Source: an uncultured bacterium
GTDB taxonomy: Bacteria > Desulfobacterota_D > UBA1144 > Nemesobacterales > UBA2774
Direction of reading: 5' to 3'
Assembly: GCA_963825135.1 (NCBI GenBank)
Contig: CAWGRW010000009.1
Coordinates: 32,001 to 96,000 of the forward strand
Length of the DNA stretch: 64,000 nucleotides
Under the pieces are notes generated by a model that made no database searches, had not been told where the DNA came from, and saw only the letters and a program-made list of their open reading frames with translations. The position numbers were made by a program, and so were the translations under genes. Below, piece by piece: positions 41,888 through 51,080 of this stretch (its first letter is position 1; the number at the start of each line of letters is the position of its first letter).

Positions 41888-42710
41888 ATGAAAAAAATTA
41901 TTCTGAGTTTGTTTCTGTTTGCTGTTACTCTTATCCGTATCCGGCCCGTCATACGCCATCGATTTCATTAAATTCGGGACCGGTCACGACAGCGGTTTCT
42001 GGGGCACGCCGGATATCGCATTCGGCACTTTCCCCAGCACGGTTCAGTATCTTGCGGAACATGGAAAGAACGAGATAACGTCCATCGATCTTAATGATGT
42101 AAACGTGCAGAACGTTTTCAACGGGGATTTCGGCCATTTTGACGCTATCGTCGTATCCGAAACTATTGTGCCCCTATCGCCCGAATCTTACGAATTGTTC
42201 AGTCGATACGTGAGCGAGGGCGGATGCTTTGTTTTAACTGCCAGTCACGGGGATGAAGACGATTTCCTCAATAACGCGTTCGGATTTAGCGTAATTTCTA
42301 CAGACGCAAGTGACGGGGTAGATACATATCCGCTTCAATCATCCGCGAACGGCACCGCGTTTGCCGGCGGTCCCGGCGGCTTGATCGCGGCTGATCATAC
42401 ATTAGCCTTCAGTAACATTCCGGGTACGGAAATATATAGCGGTCCTACCGGTACGGCAGTATTTACGGATCAATTTGGCATAGGTACGATTAGCGCTCTG
42501 GGTTGGGACTATTGCTGCACGCCCCCGAGTGATCCTAACGCGATCCTCGACTGGTACGAAGCAGTCAACAGGGCGTTTGATCAGTGCGGGCCGCTGCCGT
42601 CGCCGTCTCGTCCTATACCCACAATGTCCGAATGGGGACTCATAGCCATGGCGGGGGTTCTGGGCCTGTTCGGATTGCTGGCGGCGAGAAGAAGAAGGGC
42701 GGCTGCGTAA
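41888..42710 (+). CDS. secreted protein with IPTL-CTERM sorting domain; frameshift in signal peptide near 41918
   Basis: C-terminal IPTMSEWGLIAMAGVLGLFGLLAARRR; ATG 41888 after AAGGAGG is out of frame with the main ORF. Confidence 0.85.
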
Positions 42711-42739
42711 GATTGGACTAATACAACAACGACGATAAG

Positions 42740-42766
42740 AAAAAGGGAGCTTCGGCTCCCTTTTTT
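42740..42766. terminator. bidirectional intrinsic terminator
   Basis: aaaaagggagc-ttcg-gctccctttttt. Confidence 0.85.
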
Positions 42767-42984
42767 GTTTATACATGAGACCTGAGAGGAAATATCCTCT
42801 CCTTGCGCGCCCATGTGCGCATCCCCTTCAATCCGCAGCATCAGTACAGCAACGGCCGGGAATGCGTTCTGCAGGGAATTAATTCAATGTGTGCATCGCG
42901 GATGCGGTTTGACTTGGAAACAATACGCCCGCAAGCGGCATAATTCGCGCCGTTCATAACCACGGTAACAGTCGCGGGATGCCC

Positions 42985-43410
42985 TCAGCCGTTTCTGTTG
43001 GGCGTGCCCAGGATGTGTGACTTGGGCGGCATCATCACGTTGTCGAAGTCCTGTGTGAACATAGCGGCCGCGAAGAACGCCACTGCCCGGAGCGTTTCCT
43101 TGCCGACGTTGGCGAGGTCATGCTTTATGCCCGTAGGAAGAACGAAGACGCTTCCCGGACCCACCGGGTATGTGGCGCCGTCTTCCATGAAGAGCTTGCC
43201 GCTGCCGGCCAGAATGTACTGAGTCTCCTCCGTCGCGTCGGTATGCCAGCCGAGTCTATGACCGGGCTCGATCTCGTACACGATCGTGGAGGACTGCGTC
43301 GTACCGTGGCCTCCGTAGACCGCGAACGCGCCTGCCCAGCGGACTGTCGGATCGTCTTCGGCCCATACCTCGCCGCGCTCTAGTTTGTTTGATGGAACGA
43401 CTGGATTCAT
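42985..43410 (-). CDS. cupin domain protein
   Basis: PG...WHTD..EE...L.G.G; G....P....H...N.G. Confidence 0.88.
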   Translation of the reverse strand: MNPVVPSNKLERGEVWAEDDPTVRWAGAFAVYGGHGTTQSSTIVYEIEPGHRLGWHTDATEETQYILAGSGKLFMEDGATYPVGPGSVFVLPTGIKHDLANVGKETLRAVAFFAAAMFTQDFDNVMMPPKSHILGTPNRNG

Positions 43411-43695
43411 GAGCTTCTCCTTTGCGGACGCCCGGCGCCCGGCTTTGTTGGAAACTGATCCTGCCTTCGAATGTGATGCGGAATAACCCCTGTGCCTTCT
43501 CCCGAAATATATGGTCGACGGCCGCGCAAGTCAACAGGTTTTCTTGTATACGCAAATGTCTTTGGCGTCAGGGAAATAACGATTGTTACGGGAGGCATCC
43601 CGGGGCCCCGCGGTACATGCTAAGAATCACACGCGGGTCTATCCCGCATACGCACGTCGGATGCGAAGAATCCACGCGCGGCTTCCGACGTCGGG

Positions 43696-44352
43696 TTAAT
43701 AAATCCCCTTCTCGAATTTTTCTATGAACTCTTCCTCGCGCCCGCCGTCATTAATCCATTCGCAGACGTATTCGTCCGAGAGGACTGTTTCCATGTACCC
43801 CTTCGAGAGACCCCCGGCCTCTATCCCGTAGGTGTTGAACCTCAGCGTGACGGGGGCGTACATCGCGTCCGCGGCGGTGAACCGCCCGAAGAGCCACGGG
43901 CCGTCCTTCCCGTACTCGCTCCTGCAGGCCTCCCATATATCGAGGACCCTCTCCGCGTCGGCCACGGCGTCCCCGCCGAGCTCGACCCACCTGTCCCCCG
44001 CCCTCGCGTTCATGGGGAGCGTCGATCTCAAGGCCCCGAACCCGGAGTGCATCTCGGCCGAGACGGACCGCGCGCGAGCCCTGGCCGCGGCGTCCGCGGG
44101 CCAGAGCGAGGGGTGCTTCTCCGCGAGGTATTCGAGTATAGAGAGCGTGTCCCATACCCTGACGACGCCGTCGATATAGACGGGCACCTTACCCGAGGGA
44201 GAGTACTTCCTTATCTCCTCGGAAGAGCCCTCGACGTAGAGCGGTATGCGCACCTCGTCGAAATCGATCCCGAGATGCCTTAACGCGAGCCACGCCCTCA
44301 TCGACCAGCTAGAATAGTTCTTGTTCCCGATTACAAGCACGGGCTTCGCCAT
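43696..44352 (-). CDS. glutathione S-transferase family protein
   Basis: GNKNYSSWSMR.WL, SP.GKVP, SAEMHSGF, AADAMYAPV. Confidence 0.92.
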   Translation of the reverse strand: MAKPVLVIGNKNYSSWSMRAWLALRHLGIDFDEVRIPLYVEGSSEEIRKYSPSGKVPVYIDGVVRVWDTLSILEYLAEKHPSLWPADAAARARARSVSAEMHSGFGALRSTLPMNARAGDRWVELGGDAVADAERVLDIWEACRSEYGKDGPWLFGRFTAADAMYAPVTLRFNTYGIEAGGLSKGYMETVLSDEYVCEWINDGGREEEFIEKFEKGIY

Positions 44353-44486
44353 GGTTGTATCTCCTTGCTAATCGCTCACAATGTGCGATTCCGCGATTCT
44401 GCGATACTCGCCAATTTCCTCAGCCAAAACCGGCAACCTCGGCGCCTGCGCCCGTCGCGGCGCCGAAGCAGGCCGAGGGCCCGCCT

Positions 44487-44897
44487 CTAGAGCTGCTCCA
44501 CGGTCATCGTGTGGAAATAGTGAATATTGTACACATCGTTGTGCCTCAGTATCCCGAGCGCGCTCTCCTTCATCTCTTCGGTCTCCGCGAGCACCGTGAC
44601 GAAGAAGCTGCCCCTGCGCAAATTCTTTTCTATCGTCTTTACGCCTTCCACCGCCTCTCTCGGAAGGTCCTTCCGCAGCGCCCGCAGGATTTTGATGAGC
44701 AGTCCGTGCCTGCCCCCGTCGAGGTCGAGTATCCTGAGTCCCTTCTTTCCGTGAAAATAGTAAACACGCTCGTTGTCGAACCCGGCCTCTTCGAGCTCGG
44801 CCAGCGCGGCTTCGAGGTCGGATTCACTGTCTATTAAGCCTATGAGTTTTTCATACGGATATAATTCGAAACATCCGTCAGGATTTTTTCTTGCCAT
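44487..44897 (-). CDS. hypothetical protein
   Basis: GAGAGG RBS; A..L..AGF...G..G...LD..G..HG motif. Confidence 0.65.
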   Translation of the reverse strand: MARKNPDGCFELYPYEKLIGLIDSESDLEAALAELEEAGFDNERVYYFHGKKGLRILDLDGGRHGLLIKILRALRKDLPREAVEGVKTIEKNLRRGSFFVTVLAETEEMKESALGILRHNDVYNIHYFHTMTVEQL

Positions 44898-45335
44898 ATT
44901 GTACCTCTCTCTAATGATTTTGTTTAGGAAATAAAAGCAGGTTGTCAAAGAAACGGCTCCGCCCCCGGCGGCCGCTTGAGAGAATCAGGCGGGGCGATAA
45001 CCGCGGCCGGGGCTGATAGCGTCAGAACGCATTAGGGGTCCCGGTTAAGTAAAAGTCTAACGATGAATCCCGCGTGTCAAAGTAAAATTTTCCGAAGAGT
45101 TATACTCCCGGAATTTATTTTTTGAATTTGAGAGGGTTATGCGAAAAAAAAATTGAAAAATTTTTCATCCTCCGCCCGCTCGGCAGGTCCCGGGGCGAAA
45201 GCACTCAAAAAACGGTTTACGGCTGCCGGAGCATTCGGCCCGTTTTAACCATCCCCCCCGAAGGGTTTTCCCCCGCCCGCACGTATATACATGCAAAGCA
45301 TGCTTGAACACAAAATTTCACACAGGAGGCTTTAA

Positions 45336-45761
45336 ATGAAAAGGAATTTCGTACTTACTGCTGTACTGGGATTGTTAATGACCGGAGCGTTGGCGGCGGT
45401 TGCATTCGCCCATGGCGGCGGCCCGTTCGGGATAGAAAGGCTCGAGGCCTTCTCGAAGCTCCCGCCTGACAAACAGGCGCTCGTTATCAGCACCCTTAAC
45501 GCGGCGAAGGAAGAGAACAAGGGGCTCAGGGACGAGATGGAAGCGACCCACGACAAATTGAAAGAGATACTCACGGCGGAGCAGTTCGACGCGCAGGCGT
45601 TTAAGGAGAACGCGGAGAAGCTCCAGACGCTGATGGCCCGGGGCTTTACTTCGTTTACGAACGCGATAGCAGAGCTCGCCCCTCAGCTCACTCAGGAAGA
45701 AAGGGGGATACTCGCCGAGCTCGGCCCCGGCGGACATCACGGGAAGCACGAGGCGGATTAA
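45336..45761 (+). CDS. periplasmic Spy/CpxP-like (heavy-metal sensor) protein
   Basis: Signal peptide, helical, FD motif, LTQEER. Confidence 0.75.
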   Translation: MKRNFVLTAVLGLLMTGALAAVAFAHGGGPFGIERLEAFSKLPPDKQALVISTLNAAKEENKGLRDEMEATHDKLKEILTAEQFDAQAFKENAEKLQTLMARGFTSFTNAIAELAPQLTQEERGILAELGPGGHHGKHEAD

Positions 45762-45781
45762 GGGCAATCAACATCCTCTCT

Positions 45782-45829
45782 AACCTGAGCGGGCGGATTA
45801 TTCACTTTACTAATCCGCCCGCTCAGGTT
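45782..45829. terminator. long hairpin
   Basis: aacctgagcgggcggatta...taatccgcccgctcaggtt followed by T-rich sequence. Confidence 0.6.
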
Positions 45830-45849
45830 TTAATATTTTAAGGTATACG

Positions 45850-46461
45850 ATGGACACGACTGCCGCACTTCCGCTCGGACAAATGGGCATAGAGACGAAA
45901 GAATTCACCGACGAGGAGCTTATGGGGCTGATAAGGAACGGGGACAGGGACGCGTTCTCATTGCTCGTAACGCGCCACATGAAGAGGTATTACGGCCTCG
46001 CCTACAGGATGCTGTCGAGCAGGGAGGAGGCGGAGGACATAGTGCAGGAATCGTTCCTTACCGTATGGACCAGTCCCGCGAGCTGGGACGGAGGGAGGAA
46101 TACGAAATTCACGACCTGGTTTTACAGGGTTGTAGCCAACGCGTGCATAGACAGGAAGAGGAAGCATGCGCCGCTCCCGATGGAAGACGGCTTCGACCCT
46201 CCCGACGAGTCGCGAGGGGCCGAGGAAACGCTCGAAATGAAAAGGAAAAAGGAAAGCATGGACGCGTATATCGGGGAGCTGCCGGCCTCGCAGCGGACGG
46301 CGCTCGAGCTATGCTTCTTCGAGGGAGTGAGCAACAGGGAGGCCGCGGAGATAATGGGCGTGAGCGTGAAGGCGGTCGAGTCGCTTCTCATGCGCGCGAA
46401 AGCTTCTCTAAGGAGCAGGCTCTCGGGAGATAATGGGACGGAGGACGCCGAAAATGGATAG
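45850..46461 (+). CDS. ECF RNA polymerase sigma-70 factor
   Basis: GD..AF..L..RH, AEDIVQE.F, F.TW.YR...N.C.D, LP..QR, S..EAAE.MG.SV.AVESLL.RA. Confidence 0.92.
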   Translation: MDTTAALPLGQMGIETKEFTDEELMGLIRNGDRDAFSLLVTRHMKRYYGLAYRMLSSREEAEDIVQESFLTVWTSPASWDGGRNTKFTTWFYRVVANACIDRKRKHAPLPMEDGFDPPDESRGAEETLEMKRKKESMDAYIGELPASQRTALELCFFEGVSNREAAEIMGVSVKAVESLLMRAKASLRSRLSGDNGTEDAENG

Positions 46462-46888
46462 AAACGCATTCCTGAAGTATCTGGAGCTATACGGCGGGGA
46501 CCTCGGCAGGTGGCCCTCGGGCCTCGGGGAAGAGGCGGAGGCCGCGTGCGCGGAATCCCCCGAGCTGAGAGAGGCGCTCGAAAATGAGAGACGGTTCGAG
46601 GAGGCCCTCATGGAGAGGGCGTTCGAAGAGCCCTCGCCCGGACTCGAAGCCAGGATAATAAGCGCGGCCGCCGGGGTCAAGCGGCCCGAGGCCCGCGGAA
46701 GTTCGATGCCCGGTCTCCTGGGCGCCCTGTTCTCGGCCATACCGCTCCCGCGCCCGGCGATAGCGCTCCCGCTGCTGCTCGTCATGGGGATGGCCGCGGG
46801 TTACCTCTATGCCAATTACGCGGAGCAGGACACGGACAATTCGCAGTACGCCGAAGCGCTCTATTTCGGGGAGGGATACTATGAGTAA
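46454..46888 (+). CDS. putative anti-sigma factor (membrane anchored)
   Basis: Overlaps the sigma stop; YG.DL.RWP motif; one TM helix. Confidence 0.75.
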   Translation: MDRNAFLKYLELYGGDLGRWPSGLGEEAEAACAESPELREALENERRFEEALMERAFEEPSPGLEARIISAAAGVKRPEARGSSMPGLLGALFSAIPLPRPAIALPLLLVMGMAAGYLYANYAEQDTDNSQYAEALYFGEGYYE

Positions 46889-47423
46889 GGGTCTTAAAAT
46901 TTTTCTGACTGTATCCGTGCTCCTGAACGTGCTCCTCGTCGGGATAGTGATAGGGACGTTCTCGCACACATTCGTCGGACGCATGGAGAGGGGGAAGCGG
47001 GCGCTCATGCTCCTGAAAGACCTGCCTCCCGAGAAACGCGAGATGGTCCTCGAAACCATGAAAGACATGAGAAAGCATTCCCGTGAAACGAAGAAGAAGA
47101 TCTGGAAAATGAGGGACGAGATCATAGACGTATTTGCCGCCCCCGAGTTCGACGCCGGGCTTTTCGACCAAAAAGTCGCCGAGTTGCACGCGCTCATGGG
47201 CGAGATCACGGGCGAAATGGCCGACGAGACCAAAAAGATCGCCGCTGAGCTCAATTACGAAGAGAGAAAAGCCATAGCGGAGATGATAAGGAGAGGGCCG
47301 GGGCCGCCTTTCCCCCGCTTCCTCATGGAAGGGTTCCCGGGCCCGGACGGTCCCCCGCCGCACCACCCCGGCATGGATGACTGGCACGACGGGCCGGGAG
47401 GAGAGCCGCGTGAAGAGAATTAA
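46881..47423 (+). CDS. periplasmic heavy metal sensor-like protein
   Basis: SVLLNVLLVG..G, helical, PEFD, L..EER. Confidence 0.75.
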   Translation: MSKGLKIFLTVSVLLNVLLVGIVIGTFSHTFVGRMERGKRALMLLKDLPPEKREMVLETMKDMRKHSRETKKKIWKMRDEIIDVFAAPEFDAGLFDQKVAELHALMGEITGEMADETKKIAAELNYEERKAIAEMIRRGPGPPFPRFLMEGFPGPDGPPPHHPGMDDWHDGPGGEPREEN

Positions 47424-47904
47424 GAGGGTCCGCAAGGTAATTCCGGCCGGCGACTACCCCAAAGTTTTAACGCCCCCGCCGGTTATAGTCCTGATCGTTA
47501 TCGCCGCGGGCAGCGCCGTCGGACTGATACAGCCTCTCCGCTTCATAGACGGCCCCGCGAGATACATAGCGGGCGGGGCGCTCGTGCTGGTCACGGCGGT
47601 CATCACGTTAACCGCATACTTTAAAATGAGGGGCGCGGGTACGAACGTCGATGTGAGGAAGCCCGCAACGACTGTGGTCACGGACGGTATTTACTCATAC
47701 ACGAGGAACCCCATGTACGTATCCATGGTCGTTTTTCTCGTCGCCATGTCGGTGCTCCTCAACAACCTCTGGATAATGATCCTCATTCCGGCCTTTATAT
47801 TTATATTGCGGAAGGGAGTGATAGAGAGGGAAGAGCTCTACCTCGAAGGAAAGTTCGGAGACGAATACAGGGAGTACAAAAACCGCGTCCGCAGATGGCT
47901 CTAG
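47410..47904 (+). CDS. isoprenylcysteine carboxyl methyltransferase (Ste14/PEMT) family protein
   Basis: VTDGIYSYTRNPMY, EE.YL..KFG.EY..YK..V.RWL. Confidence 0.88.
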   Translation: MKRIKRVRKVIPAGDYPKVLTPPPVIVLIVIAAGSAVGLIQPLRFIDGPARYIAGGALVLVTAVITLTAYFKMRGAGTNVDVRKPATTVVTDGIYSYTRNPMYVSMVVFLVAMSVLLNNLWIMILIPAFIFILRKGVIEREELYLEGKFGDEYREYKNRVRRWL

Positions 47905-48370
47905 CACACAATGTGTGTATATACGAATCCTTCGTAACTCCTCTGCCACGCCATGGAATTTGCCCATCACGTTCACCCTGAGCTTGCCGAAGGGTATCAC
48001 TTCGCCCGCGGGCATAGCTATCTCTAACATCCGCCTCTGCTCAATCAACTCCCGAAGCCAAACCCGTTCGTGCTGAGCGGCACACGAAGTGTGCCGTCGA
48101 AGCACGTTACCGACATTACAGAATTTGCGTTAAGAAAATCGCGTGTTTAAGCGTAAAGAAATCTTTGAGCAGTCCAATTGAAAGATTTTAGCTTAAACAC
48201 AAGATTTTTAGCGTAATTCTGTAGTCGGATGATTTTTGCTTCTTTTCATCAAGGAAAAGAAGGATAAAAAAACAGTCTTTCACCTTATCTTTTGTCTTTT
48301 CGAAAGACCACACTACGTGTGTTCATCAAGGAAAAGAAGGAATTAAATTAGCCTTTGTTTTTGTCTTTCC
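47905..48370 (+). repeat. composite structured repeat, copy 6 (core 48110-48301)
   Basis: Starts right after TAG with cacacaatgtgtg; near-identical to copies 3 and 5. Confidence 0.9.
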
Positions 48371-48679
48371 GAAAAGCGGAAAGCAATGCATTGCTTAAAA
48401 TCCTCCCTAACCCTCCTTTACGAAATGAGGGAATTAAAATCTCTACGGCAATCCCGCCATTACTTTTAATACCGCCATCCCGGAAAATACGGAATACAGG
48501 CCGGATCCCGCATGGAAAATCGAACGTTTCCCGGACAGACCCCGAACGCGTCCCGAATGTACACCAAAAACAAGGCCCTGACGCACCCGTAGCAATCCCG
48601 TGCTCTCGCCCTAACCCACTGTGAAGACGTGAGATTAGTGTTATCCGGCAGTATTTTTCCCGCTTAATAAAATACCATA

Positions 48680-48708
48680 TTGACATCATTACGTAATGAT
48701 GTAATAAT
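48680..48708 (+). promoter_or_regulatory. sigma70 promoter with a perfect 20-bp palindromic operator
   Basis: TTGACA (48680) -17 nt- AATAAT (48703); ACATCATTACGTAATGATGT at 48683-48702. Confidence 0.75.
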
Positions 48709-48714
48709 GAGTGC

Positions 48715-48936
48715 ATGACAGCGGCAACCATACAGCAGCGGGCAAATCCGGAGAAGATGCACAGAGGTTCGCTATACATCCCGGCGATCCTCTACGAGAG
48801 ACTGAGGCTCTTCTCGTTCGTCTCCAGAACAAGCCAGTCCAAGATAATCGAGGAGGCCATCGCCGAGTACCTCGAGAACCGCATGACCGGCAAGGAGTTC
48901 GATAACGTGCTGATGTACAGGAAGGAAGAACAATAA
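48715..48936 (+). CDS. small ribbon-helix-helix-type DNA-binding protein
   Basis: SLYIP..LYERL......SQSKIIEEAI.EYL pattern. Confidence 0.7.
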   Translation: MTAATIQQRANPEKMHRGSLYIPAILYERLRLFSFVSRTSQSKIIEEAIAEYLENRMTGKEFDNVLMYRKEEQ

Positions 48937-48964
48937 GGCGTCGCAAAAAATACCTAGCGAGAGG

Positions 48965-49396
48965 ATGGGTGAGATGAAAGTGAGAGAAGTGATAAAGTTT
49001 CTGGTGGAAAACAACGGATGGTATCTCGTGAGGATTTGCGGAAGTCACCGTCAGTTCAAGCTCAGAAGCAAGAAGTCGAGGCTCACTATAAACTGCAAGA
49101 TGGATAAGGAGCTTCCGGAAGGCGCTCTCTACTACTCACTCAAGCACTGTTTCGATTCGCAGGAAGTAATACATAAAGAACACTATGAAATTACAATAGA
49201 GCAGTCCAATGACTGTTATTCGGCTTACTGCCCGGACCTCCCCGGCTGCGTCGCCGTAGGGGACACGCTCGAAGAGACGAAAGAGCTCATGCTCGACTCC
49301 GTACGCCTTCACCTGGAAGGGCTCAAGCAGGACGGCGTACTGGTATCGGAACCGGGTAATACATCGGCATTTTTCGAAATCAGGCAAGCCTCCTGA
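48965..49396 (+). CDS. HicA-HicB fusion ORF (type II toxin-antitoxin domains in one frame)
   Basis: N half KVREVIK.L..NGW.L.R..GSH.QF (HicA); C half Y.I.IEQ...YSAYCPDLPGCVA.GDT.EE (HicB). Confidence 0.8.
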   Translation: MGEMKVREVIKFLVENNGWYLVRICGSHRQFKLRSKKSRLTINCKMDKELPEGALYYSLKHCFDSQEVIHKEHYEITIEQSNDCYSAYCPDLPGCVAVGDTLEETKELMLDSVRLHLEGLKQDGVLVSEPGNTSAFFEIRQAS

Positions 49397-49559
49397 TGTC
49401 GGCAGCTTAACCGAATTAAACGGGCTGCCGACATCAGGGCCGTAAAACCCTGACAAGAGAAGCAGGCATTACGGCATCAATAACGACATAACCCCATACC
49501 CCCCCTTAGAGCGTCAGGAATCGGTTCTCACGAGAACAAGATTCCTGGCGCTCCCTTTT

Positions 49560-49820
49560 TGCACACAATGTGTGATTCTATGATCCTTCCCTACTTCTTC
49601 CGCCCACCTATTTTGCATTTCGAACGAACGTGAGAAATCTATCTTTTTCTTCCCGACATTACAGAATTTGCGTCAAGAAAATCGAGTGTCGAAGCGTATA
49701 AAAATCTTTCAGCTTTCTAATTGAAAGATTTTAGCTTCAACATTTGCCGTTCCAAAAAACACACTATGTGTGTCTTTTCATCAAGGAAAAGAAGAAAACC
49801 ATCTTTGTCTTGTCTTTGTC
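49560..49820 (+). repeat. structured repeat copy 7 (core from 49653; outer 3' arm missing)
   Basis: ccgacattacagaatttgc..tgtcgaagc..gcttcaaca then cacactatgtgtg and the tcttttcatcaaggaaaaga hairpin. Confidence 0.85.
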
Positions 49821-49928
49821 ATCCCGAAGGGCGCCGTCCCCCTCCGTTTCGTTGACACCGCACCCCCCTTTGGTTACTTTATATGTTCTCAATAAAGAAG
49901 CGATGTTACTTCATCGGATATGCAACGA

Positions 49929-50022
49929 GGAGAGGTGGCCGAGTGGTCGAAGGCGCTCGCCTGCTAAGCGAGTAAGGGGGCATAAACCTCCTTCGAGGGT
50001 TCAAATCCCTCCCTCTCCGCCA
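49929..50022 (+). tRNA. tRNA-Ser(GCT)
   Basis: GGAGAGG/CCTCTCC acceptor stem, anticodon arm ctcgc-ctGCTaa-gcgag, long variable arm, GGTTCAAATCC, encoded CCA. Confidence 0.95.
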
Positions 50023-50534
50023 CACACACATAGTGTGTTTTTACGATTCCTCCCTAACCATCGCTCATTACCCACAATTGAGGCCCACCCGTTCACTCTG
50101 GTTTGTCGAAGCATGTATTTACATTCTTCCCGAATTACAGAACTTGCGGCGGGTGAGCCCCGCACGTTTAAATCTCCCTCCCTCCTTTTTCAAAGTGAGG
50201 GAGGATATGAGTCGGGGGTCAGCATTTCATTCCAATCAATCGAGAATCTTCTCTTCCCCCGACATTACAGAATTTGCGTCAAGAAAATCGATTGTACGAG
50301 CGTTAAGAATCTTCCACGGGGTGGGGTTGAATTGGAAGATTTAGCGAGTACATGAGATTTTTAGCAAATTATGTAGAGTCTTTTCGGAAACCACACTACG
50401 TGTGTGATTTTTGCTTCTTTTCATCAAGGAAAAGAAGGATAAGAAGCAGCCTTTCTCCCTTCTTTGTCTTTTCATAGCAGTGCGTGGCAATCCATCACTA
50501 ATAGGTGTGTCACGACTGGAAGCTCGCTCCTACA
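50023..50534 (+). repeat. composite structured repeat, copy 8 (core 50259-50473)
   Basis: Begins at the tRNA CCA with cacacacatagtgtg; full core; terminal degenerate REP ending gctcctac. Confidence 0.88.
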
Positions 50535-50603
50535 GATATAGGACTATCACTAACCGCAAATTCTTATTGCCTTTCCCCGCCTCTGTGGGTATAAATCTCA
50601 GGT

Positions 50604-51041
50604 ATGGCAAAAGAGCTCGTCGTAAAAAGGTCCTTGAATATAAAAGCCCCGGCGTCGAGGGTCTGGGAAATACTCACCGATCCCGGGCATACGACGAAAT
50701 ACATGTTCGGATGCGAGGTCGTCTCGGACTGGAAGATCGGAAGCCCCCTCTTATGGAAAGGCGCGGCCGACGGGGTAATTTACGTAAAGGGGAACCTGCT
50801 CGCGCTCGACAGGGAGAAGCTCTTTGAGTTTACCACGTTCGATCCGAACTCGGGCATGGAGGACGTACCGTCCAATTACTCGACGGTGACGATAGAACTG
50901 ACCCCCGTGGACGGCGGGGCGGCGCTCTCGGTAACACAGGGCGATTTCGCGGGAATGGCGGACGGAAAAAACCGTTTCATGAGCGCCGAGGCGGGCTGGG
51001 ATATGGTGCTGCCGAAAGTAAAAGAGATGGCTGAGCTGTAA
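50604..51041 (+). CDS. SRPBCC (AHSA1-like) domain protein
   Basis: I.AP..RVW..LTDP, SDW..GS, GW...L..KE. Confidence 0.88.
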   Translation: MAKELVVKRSLNIKAPASRVWEILTDPGHTTKYMFGCEVVSDWKIGSPLLWKGAADGVIYVKGNLLALDREKLFEFTTFDPNSGMEDVPSNYSTVTIELTPVDGGAALSVTQGDFAGMADGKNRFMSAEAGWDMVLPKVKEMAEL

Positions 51042-51080
51042 ATTTAACCGTTTGAAGTTTGTATGGAGCTAGCGGAATTA

